From the human T2T-CHM13v2.0 reference genome, Homo sapiens, in the NCBI RefSeq assembly GCF_009914755.1, contig NC_060934.1: a stretch of DNA of 64,000 nucleotides; one strand, written 5' to 3'. The position numbers and the translations under genes were made by a program. The notes below the pieces were generated by a model, which made no database searches, had not been told where the DNA came from, and worked only from the letters and a program-made list of their open reading frames with translations. Shown here piece by piece: positions 54,636 to 64,000 of this stretch. Each line of letters begins with the position of its first letter. The stretch's first letter is position 1.

Positions 54636-55269
54636 CATGCAGATGTGTACACACAGCTATTAAATATGCATAGAATTTTCATATTTAATTTAATAAATGT
54701 TTAAATAATTATTTATGAGGGACAGAAGATATTTCTTAGAAACTTCAAAACAGGGAAAAGTATATTTGTAATATGTCTCCACATTTGATTATGTGACTTT
54801 ATCTGCTATGTTAGTTTAGTAAATTAAAATGTTTACACATAAATATTTTAATGCCCTTATATTCATCTTTCATGGAACCTTCTTGTTGTTTCTTAGTTTA
54901 TCCACTAAAAATCTCCTTTAAAATGTTGTGGACTTCCTATATATCAAATTATGATCAGATATGTTAGATTATTTGTCACAAACATAATTATAAGTGTCAC
55001 AATTATGGTCATAAACCTCTTCTAGACAGGCACTTCCTTACATTGGCTGTGAGCTGGGATGACATGCGATAATGCCCTTAAGATTCTTAGAAGCCTTTTG
55101 TCCAGACAAGAGCAACTATGAATCACTGACTTAGGTCACTCTGAGGTCTTTATAAGAGAACTTCCAGCTTCATCTTTGATTTAATATTGACCCCAAGGCC
55201 AAGTTTTATTGGCAGGCTTCTATTTGTTTCTTTCCTTGAAGGTCTTTTGCTAACTGAAGAGACTTTCTG

Positions 55270-56133
55270 AGCATTCTATATTCCCATTAAATTCTGATTT
55301 TAAAAAGGACCCTAAGCAGTTCCTTCTTTAGCCTTATTTCTGTCTTACAATACCTTATATTCAGCTAAAAGAAGACAAATGACACTTTTACCATCCTTCT
55401 TGGAATCCTTTTATCCAAATGTACAGATTTTAGGATACCTTTCCTGTCTAAGTTAATGTGGGCAGCAGTTTCACTAATTTTTCTGCCACTACATAACACG
55501 GGTTGTTGTTTTTCCAGCCTCCAAAGCAATTTTCTCACTACCTTTCCAGGCTCTAGGAAACAGTCCGTTGCTGCTTTCTGGTGTCTCTGCTCCCCACTCC
55601 TAAAGCCAAGGGCACATATTCTAGATTTTGTTATGACAGCACATCACCTCTTTGCATCGACTTCTGCATCCATTGTTTATTGCTGTGTACAAAACATCCC
55701 AAAATTACTGGCTTAAAACAACAATTTTGTTGTTGTTGTTGCTATTTTATAAGTGAAGCATTTGAAAGGGGCTTAGCAGGAATGGCTTAGCTCTGCCCTA
55801 CAGTGTCCAAAGTGCCAGGTAGGATGGCTGAGACAGCTAGGCCCCTCTCCTCCATTGCTGTCACCTGGGACAGTTCACCTGGGGCTGGAGGATTCAACAT
55901 GGCCTTACTCACTTTCTTATACCTTGATAGTCATCCATTGCTGTGTCTTCACATGGCAGAAGGAGCAAACGATCTCTCTGATGCCTCTTTTATAAGGGCA
56001 CTAATCCCATTCATGAGGGCTCCACCCTCATGACCTAATCACCTCCCAGAGCCCCTCGTAATGCCCTCAGGCTGGGAGTCAGGATTTCAACATATGAAAT
56101 CTGTGGGAGGAACATAAACATTCAGTCCATTGC
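55270..56133 (-). mobile_element. MLT1 cluster: internal segment, old MLT1 LTR part, and MLT1A-like LTR half
   Basis: TTTTGTTATGACAGCAC junction; TTATTGCTGTGTACAAAACATCCCAAAATTACTGGCTTAAAACAAC; TTTATAAGGGCACTAATCCCATTCATGAGGGCTCCACCCTCATGACCTAATCACCTCCC. Confidence 0.7.
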
Positions 56134-56245
56134 AGTGGTGATGGTTACACAACTCTGAATATACTAAAACCCACTGAAGTGTACACTTTAAAAAAGTAAA
56201 TTTTATGGCATATCAATTATATCTCAATAAACCTACTATAAAAAT
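56134..56245 (+). mobile_element. L1MB 3' terminal fragment
   Basis: GTGGTGATGGTTACACAACTCTGAATATACTAAAACCCACTG..CTCAATAAA. Confidence 0.8.
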
Positions 56246-56269
56246 TAATTCTAACTTCTTTATAAAGCT

Positions 56270-56350
56270 GTCTTTTAATGTGGCTACTAGAAAACATGAA
56301 ATTACATATGTGACCTATATTGTATTTCTTTTGGGGGAGAGCTGCTCTAG
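56270..56350 (-). mobile_element. MER33-type terminal fragment
   Basis: TTAATGTGGCTACTAGAAAACATGAAATTACATATGTG. Confidence 0.65.
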
Positions 56351-57321
56351 ATGATCAAAAGGCAAGCATTTTATGGAAGGGAGTGGTAGAATATTTCAAT
56401 TCAGTGGTGAGAGTACAATTGGAAGGCAGAGCTGCTGTTTAAGAAGAATAATGTATTGGAAATGTTAACGATACTGCATGGATGAAACAAAAGATCGCGT
56501 TTAGAAGCAGATTTGTAGGAGATGACACTTATTTTGGGAACTGTTCTGATGAAAGGAAGTATCTTGAAATCTACAGAAAAAAAGCTTGACCGTGAGTATC
56601 AAATTTGTACGCGTTGCTTTTCTGTTTTACTGGATGTTACAGAAAATGTTTGTATTTAGAAGACATTTCTTCAGTTAATTATTTTATATCCTTGAGAGAA
56701 CAGTAGCTAGTGTATGTTGATAGGATTTCCTAATATTTTGGGGTCTCCAAAAACTTCAGAGTATACCCCAAAAATAAAATATTAAAAGAAAGCATTTGCT
56801 GTAAAACCAGACCCTGCCATTAAAAAAACCTTAGCATCTTATTTGGGTGGTATTTCTAAGTGATTTTGGCTTTAACATTGATCAAATTTTCTTTGTTTTT
56901 GGCCTATATATTATTTTATAAAATACATTAAAATAACTGAGAATACCAAGCTCCCAGAATGAAAACACATAATTCTCAGAGAGATATCTTATTAATATAA
57001 ACACTTCATCATTTTTAGGCAACTGATACAGAAAAGCATTTTTAAACACTTGTTATAATGAAGTTTTCTTTTTAAGTCAATGTATTGTTTGAAATCTCGT
57101 GCCATCTTTAGGATCTAAAGATGAAATAAATTAACCAGTTGGCCTCTGTAGTAAATTCCCAGCTGGGGGAGGGGATAGGTGTTTTAAACTTAGCAGTGGA
57201 AAAAAGGAAATAAATACATATATTTTTCTACTTTTTTTTCCTGTTTTTTTTTTTTTTACTTTGAAACACTTTAACTGCACGTCTTTTGGTTAATGAAAAA
57301 CATGGAAATTTTAGGCGAGTT

Positions 57322-57560
57322 AAATTTTTTTTTCAGTTTTTGCAGGTACATACAGAGTAGGTGTATATATTTATGGGGTACATGAGATATTTTGATACAG
57401 GCATGCAATGTGTAATAATCACATTATGGAAAATGGAGTTTCCATCCCCTCAAGCATTTATCCTTTATGTTACAAACAATACAATTATAGTCTTTTAGTT
57501 ATTTTTAAATGTACAATTAAATTATTATTGATTCTCATTACCTGTTATTCTATCAAATGC
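57322..57560 (-). mobile_element. L1MA5-like 3' fragment
   Basis: TATTTATGGGGTACATGAGATATTTTGATACAGGCATGCAATG; TSD TAGGCGAGTT (57312-57321) / TAGGTGAGTT (57561-57570). Confidence 0.88.
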
Positions 57561-59365
57561 TAGGTGAGTTTTGGGAAGCTGATTGAGGTGTTTTGGTTTC
57601 AAAGACCCTTGGCATTAAATAACCATTGATAAGCATTTTAGCTTGCCTTGTGTCTATTTATCTTAAAAATAGGATTAATAATTGTTGTAATTATCCATGT
57701 CATTTAGTCAGGGATATCATTTTTGCCTTTTAAAAAAGTATTCAATAGAAAATGATCTGTGCCGATGTTAGAATTGTTTCATTAATTGCCTGCCGTCTCA
57801 CTTTTTCTTCCACCTCCGGTTGCCTTGACAGTAGCAAGCTCTTGATGAAGTGTCAGCATTTAAGGAAATGCACAAACCTTTGTACTTGTAATACTTTGCT
57901 CAAGTCTGGATTTGCCCATTGTGCAAAACAGTTCTCTAAACTATCTGAAAAAAAAATTCCTTTAAAGAATTATAGATGATAGTCATTATTAAAGTTCAAG
58001 TCTATGTGACTTTTAAAAATAAAAATATATAATTTCCCCTCTGTTTACTTGGTTTTGAAGCATTAGTAGCATTTGTATATGTAAAAGAGTATTTATCTAT
58101 GTTAATCAAAAATATGTATGAAGGTGAAATTGAATGACAAAGTGAAATGAAGTATTACATAGTATTCACGAATATGCGTATCTTATAAAGCGATCTGCTT
58201 TAAGAAATTGTATAAGAAAATATCACTATATTTATATAAGGGTTATGAAATAATTTTAAAGCTGTATGTTTCATAGTATATGAGTTGTTTTAAATAATAA
58301 TAATCCAAAATAGAGCACAAGGCAATATTACTAACTTGAATTTTCATTTGAACCCCAATGCTTCAATTATTGAATTAATCAGAGAAATAAAAACTGATTT
58401 TATAGCTATAATGATGTTAATTGTTTATACTGGAATAGTCATATGGCATTTTAGTATATGTGATCTCGTTTAATATACGTATCTACCCATTCTAATTGGC
58501 CCACTTTCATAATTTTCTCATCAATTGCTTATATTCCTACTTAGGACCATAAAGACATTTTTAGGATACTATGTATGACAAATGAAATGCTCCTGGCATA
58601 TTGAGATCATTGTCATTTTAATCAATCAAGCAGGAAATATCTAAAGCTTCAACTTATGCTAAGCTGCTACAAAACTCCTTGGCCTTCCTGCATGAAAATT
58701 TATCAGACTCGTACAATCCCAACCAAATCTATCAGAACCCATATTACAACTCATTCTGAGACCTATTGATGTCCTCTTCACCATGAATCACCTTCAGTCA
58801 AGGACCAAAGTACAGAGTGGACTCCTGGATCCATCCTATCTCTGGGCCCTAAGACTTTTTCTGAAAGCTGAGGTATCAAAAAGTGCTAATGTGTTATGGC
58901 GAAGTGAAGTAAAAATTTTGTACAGGTCTTGACTGAAAGTTTCTCCTTTTTCTCCTTACCAATATTTTTCCAATGGTGAATCAGAAACTCTAGGCTCAAT
59001 GCTCTCCAAAATATATTAGGAAGACCACGGTATGGCATATTGAAAGAATGCTTCCTTGGGGATCAAGAAACAGGCCATAGTTATAAATTTTATTATTATG
59101 GCACAACTTTTACATGTTTTATGTATCTGTTTTATGTTTCTGCTGTTTTCTTCTATGCCCTGTTTACTATAGAAAAGTTTGCTACACAGAAAAACAGCAG
59201 ATATAAAAATATCAAATGACTACATTTTGAGTTTCAAAATATAGATCCAGCCATAAGATGAAAAGAATTGAAAAAGTGGTCTTTATTTTTTCTGACTGAT
59301 TAAAGGCTTCCCAGGAAGGAAAGAAGGAGAGAAAATCCAAGGAGAAAGAGAACTTAAAAGCCCAG

Positions 59366-59740
59366 TATATTAGTCTGTTTTCACACTGCTATAAAGACAT
59401 ACTTGAGATGGCATAATTTATAAAGAAAACAGGTTTAATTGACTCACAGTTCCACATAGCTGGGGAGCCCTCAGGAAACTTACAGTCATGGTGGAAGGCA
59501 AAGGGGAAGCACGCTTGGACCTTCTCACATGGTGGCAGGAGAGACAGTGAACAAGAGAGGAACTACCAAATGCTTATAAAACTATCAGATCTCATGAGAA
59601 CTCATTTACTGTCAGAACAGCATGTGGGAAACCACCCCCATGATCTAACTTCCACCTGATCCCTCCCTTGATACATGCAGATTATGGAGATTACAATTAG
59701 AGATGAGATTTGGGTGGGGACACAGAGCCAAACCATATCA
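59366..59740 (-). mobile_element. THE1D-like MaLR solo LTR
   Basis: TATATTAGTCTGTTTTCACACTGCTATAAAG..AAACCATATCA; perfect TSD CCCAG (59361-59365 / 59741-59745). Confidence 0.93.
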
Positions 59741-60309
59741 CCCAGTTTTTGTGCCCGTTCTTCTGGGCTTGGCCAAATTCACGATGGGCGGAGTAGTAGA
59801 TAACAGAATCCCATGACAGATTTGAAGATCTGAGAACAGAAACAATCTTTGCACCCTTTTTGAATAGAGACCAGGCTATCCAAAAGAACCTAGAGAGAGA
59901 CAGAAATGTGTTCAGTATGTATTAGGTAGAGGGGTCTGAAATAATCTCCTGGAGTTTCCATGAGCCTCTAGAATTGGGTCAGAGAAGAGTAAAATTGGCA
60001 CCGTCATCCATGAGAATAGCAAAAGGTAGGAAAAGATTTTAGATATTCCAAAAATGCATTTCCCACAGGCACTAAGTGGCATGGAATTTAACTAAGCAGT
60101 CTAGGGCCTCAGCAAACGTCAGAGAATGAGGATGAAGGAGTTCTCTGCTCCAAGGAAATTGGAGACCTTAGTGAATGCCTGCATTATTGTATCAATATTC
60201 CATGAATTCTTGTTAAAGCTTTGACTGTATGTGATTTTTTGGACTCCAGTCTGATATTTTTCTCTCATGGTAAGTTGCCTCTTTTAATCAATATCTCCTG
60301 GGAACATTT

Positions 60310-61084
60310 ACCCAAATACCCGAAAGCTACTTCCCTCTTCTTCCTTGCTAAAGGAAGCCTGATTCTGCTCAGGCCTCAGGTGACCACATATTTCAGGGAA
60401 AGTGGGAATCTTACCAGCTCCAGCAGGTTTGTATCAACAGGTCTAATATAGTGGTTCTCAAACTGTGGTTCCTTAAATTTGCATTATCAACATCTCATGA
60501 TGTAAACCTATGAACATCATTGCAGATCTACTGAATTGGTAACCCAAGGGGTAGGGACCACAACCTGTGTTTTAGTAAACCCTCCAGGCTACTGTGATGC
60601 ATTCTCCAGGTTTGAGAACCACTGGTCAAGGATAATCATGGCAACTCCATTCTCCTAGTAGATGGTTGGTTTAAGATGGGTCAATGGTATAATTCCAGCC
60701 AATAAAATCCAAAGCGAATATGGGAGGGCTTTCCTGAAAGTTTCTTCACTCTTAAAAGGGGAACCATGGAAGGAATGAGCCCTGCTATCCCTTTCTGAAA
60801 TTTGAAATTGTTGTTTGACCATGTGAGTTTCTGCAGCAGTTTGTCTGACAATGAGGAGGCAAGCCTGCGGGTGAAGATGAGCACACTGAGGATGAAAGAG
60901 CAGGGGGACAGAAAGAACTTTGTTCTTGTTTGACATTGCTCAGCTCCCAACCTAACCAATTTCTGGAACCTCCCTATCTCTGGATGTCTTGTTGTATGAG
61001 ATGAAACATTTTCCCTATTTCCTTGTTTGATCTGGCTGAGTCAGGTTTTCTGTTAACTGCAGTCCAAAGCATGATAACTGTTAC
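60310..61084 (+). mobile_element. Old MLT1 (G/H-like) LTR interrupted by MER5A
   Basis: CCTCTTCTTCCTTGCTAA..TCTGGATGTCTTGTT..GGTTTTCTGTTAACTGCAG..TAACTGTTACA. Confidence 0.65.
60449..60624. mobile_element. MER5A
   Basis: TAGTGGTTCTCAAA..TTTGAGAACCACTG TIRs. Confidence 0.85.
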
Positions 61085-61928
61085 ACGTGGGCAGAGAGAA
61101 GACCTATTATTATCATTCAGTCTTCAGTGTGATTTTAGGCCAATTATTATCTCTTCCAAGGGCGTTTGTATTTTAGGTCCTCTATTAGTGAATGAAATAA
61201 ATTATCTGTTCTACTACAGGAAATAGAAGCATCAGACTGGAAATAGGGGAATTCCATGGCAGTGATTACACGTGCACGTGTGCACGTGTGTTTGTGTGAG
61301 TGTGAGGAAGGGGTGATTCGTAGATGGTCATTAAGGCAGGTCTAGTAGTACTCTCTAGTGCTAAGCATTTTCAAGGATGAATTCTATATCCAGGGCTCAA
61401 GAAGAAGTTTATATTCTTAACACACAAAAATTGCTTATAATATGTCATTTAGAAAATAAAAAATAATTCTAGCTGTTAAAAAATGATTTTCCCTTTTGTT
61501 TTGGCAGGAAGAATACAGGCAAAATGCATGTTGGAGATTCACACCCTCACCTTCCTGGAAGATAGCATTTTAAGAAATATCTTCATATATCATGGGAATT
61601 AAACTGGGTGTCCTATTATATTAATCCAAGGCAGACTGAGAGGGACCACCCACCAATGAGGAGATAAACACGACCCCCCCACAAGAGTGAGGGTGGATGA
61701 ACAAGACAAGACTGGTGGCAGTTGGTGTGTTTCCCTCAGCCTCAGGCTGGGGAGGAGTGAAAATGCTTGGAAATGCTTGACTCCAAGAGAAGTCTGTGAT
61801 AGCACAACATAATTTATAAAATAATTAGGCATAGGTTTTGACTGGTATTTTTGGATATATAAGTCTGTCAACTGTCAAAAAAGGAGTATTTTTTCTCATT
61901 AGTTTCACTAAGGAACAACATAATTTTC

Positions 61929-61929
<1 letters not shown>

Positions 61930-61967
<38 letters not shown>

Positions 61968-62108
61968 GATGGAGTTTTGTTCTTGTCGCCCAGGCTGAAG
62001 TGCAATGGCTCACCACAACCTCCTCCTCCCGGGTTCAAGTGATTCTCCTGCCTCAGCCTCCTCAGTAGATGGGATTACAGGCATGTGCCACCACACCTGG
62101 CTAATTTT

Positions 62109-62144
<36 letters not shown>

Positions 62145-62261
62145 TAGAGACGGGGTTTCTCCATGTTGGTCAGGCTGGTCTCAAACTCCCAACCTCAGGT
62201 GATCCACCCACCTTGGCCTCCCAAAGTCTGGGATTACAGGCATGAGCTGCCGTCCCTGGCC
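61930..62261 (-). mobile_element. Alu (AluSp/Sq-like) with (TAAA)n tail and expanded middle A-tract
   Basis: 17-bp TSD GAACAACATAATTTTCT (61913-61929) / GAACAACCTAATTTTCT (62262-62278). Confidence 0.95.
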
Positions 62262-62629
62262 GAACAACCTAATTTTCTAAGAAGTGAACAGCTACCAGTA
62301 TAGCCGGAAGGTGTACCAGTGGTATTCACACCATGTGTTAGGCAGAGTTGCTTCTATCTTCTGAGTAGTCCAAAGAGATACATCAATTTCATCCAAAGAA
62401 ACGTGTTGACCCACAGTTGCTTGTAGGCATAGTTGTCAACGGTCGACACACTTTTAGAGAACTTATTTTGTGAGCATGTCATCCCTTTCCCTAACTTCAG
62501 TCTAATCCATGGGTAATTTTGAGTTGATCCAAACTGTCCAGAACTATTTCAGGAGTATATTATATATATTACATATATTATATATATATATATTTATATA
62601 TATAAAGGACCACCTTTAAAAAAGTGTAT

Positions 62630-63301
62630 GCTGGAAATGCTCACACACTGTTGGTGAGCATGTCAATTAGTACAACCTCTATGGAAAACAGGACATAGAT
62701 TTCTCAAAGAAGTAAAAGTTCATAACCATCATTTGATCCAAAAATCCCATGACTGGGTATCTACCCAAAGAAAAATAAATCATATAAAAAAGATACCTGC
62801 ACCTATATGTCTATCACAGCACTATTCACAATTGCAAAGATATTGAATCAACCCAAGTGTCCATCAACAGATGACTGAATAAAGAAAATGTGATACACAC
62901 ACACACAAACACACACACACATACACCATGGAATACTACTCATCCATAAAAAATAAAATCATGTCTTTTGCAGCAACATGGATAGAATTAGAGGTCATTA
63001 TCTTAAGTGAAGTAACTCAAAACTAGAAAGTCAAATACCACATGTTCTCTCTTATAAGCAGGAGCTAAATAATGTGTACACGTGGAAAATGAGAGTGGAA
63101 TAATAGACACTGAAGACTTAGAAAGGCGGAAGGGTGAGATGGAGACAAGAGACGAGAAATTACTTAAGGGGTCCAATGACACTATTTGGGTGGTAGCTAG
63201 GCTAAAAGCACAGACTTCGTTGCAACAAAATATATCCATGTAACAAGATGCATTTGTACCCTCTAAAATCTATAAAAAGAAAAAATAAACTTAAAAAAGA
63301 A
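62630..63301 (+). mobile_element. L1MA (MA2/3-like) 3' end
   Basis: CAACCTCTATGGAAAAC..GAGAAATTACTTAA..TTGTACCCTCTAAAATCTAT, then A-rich tail. Confidence 0.9.
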
Positions 63302-63367
63302 ATGTCTTCCTTGAAGGAACTTGCAGAAGACCTCAAATAGAGACTTATTTCTTTATGAACGCTTTTA

Positions 63368-63447
63368 TTAGGTCGATGCAAAAGTTATTGCGGTTTTGGT
63401 CATTACTTTTAATGGCAAAAACTGCAATTTCTTTTGTGGCAACCTAA
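63368..63447. mobile_element. MADE1 (Hsmar1-derived 80-bp MITE)
   Basis: TA-TTAGGTCGATGCAAAAGTTATTGCGGTTTT..AAAACTGCAATTTCTTTTGTGGCAACCTAA-TA; palindromic with TA TSD. Confidence 0.92.
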
Positions 63448-64000
63448 TATTATCTGCAATACTGGGGGTCTCTCTTTGCCCCTTGGACTGGTGCAATTGA
63501 ATCCCATCCTGAAGTAGAGAGCAGCATGACAAGGGATTTGCAAAACTAGGGGACTGACTTTCTGGAGTTCCTGGAGCTTTTAACATGCCCCAAGTTTTGT
63601 TTAAAAAAACTTTAAGATTAACACAGATATATTATAGAATAGCATATAAAATATGCCTGAATTTTGAAAATAAAATATGATACTTCAAAGATGTATCTTG
63701 GTCTCAGAAGGCTGGAGTGCTTTTATATCCGGAAATAAGAGCTCATTCTTCTCTTCCATCAGGAGCAGGAAACATTGAAACTGTTGCTTTGGATAATGCA
63801 ATCCATTAACTCAGTACTGCCACTGTGGGCCTGGATGGATTATCTCTATGAGGCAGTTATGCACCCAGGACTCACTTCTAACTTAAAGTTATTTGCCCAC
63901 GATACACGTTTTGGTCTTTACATTTTTTTGATTCTTTAATTTTTTGCTCCACTTAAAAAAGTAACATTATATGGATTTCTCTACACTATTTTCTGTAATT

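Overview
Primate, very probably human, intergenic DNA: AT-rich and repeat-dense, with no intact protein-coding gene, CRISPR array or prokaryote-style system. Two retrocopies are clear: a near full-length CHCHD3 (MIC19) processed pseudogene at about 3279-4843 (+) and a 5S rRNA pseudogene at 40161-40276 (-). From memory only and unverified, this pair plus the sequence around 42702 matches the 10p14 gene desert distal to GATA3 (CHCHD3P1, RNA5SP299, colorectal-cancer SNP rs10795668). The rest is Alu/FLAM, L1, L2, MIR, MaLR/ERVL solo LTRs, hAT/Mariner MITEs and microsatellites, with unique stretches that may be regulatory. Repeat subfamily names and old-repeat boundaries were assigned by eye and are approximate. 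Best leads: (1) a 102-bp near-perfect hairpin at 33718-33819 that I cannot assign to a repeat; (2) an Alu whose 13-bp TSD encloses 46 extra unique bases, a possible Alu 3' transduction; (3) an L1 fragment apparently copied locally into a TA/CA microsatellite; (4) two candidate non-coding exons with an upstream ETS/AP-1 patch, one exon covering the putative risk SNP. I found no evidence for a new multi-gene system.
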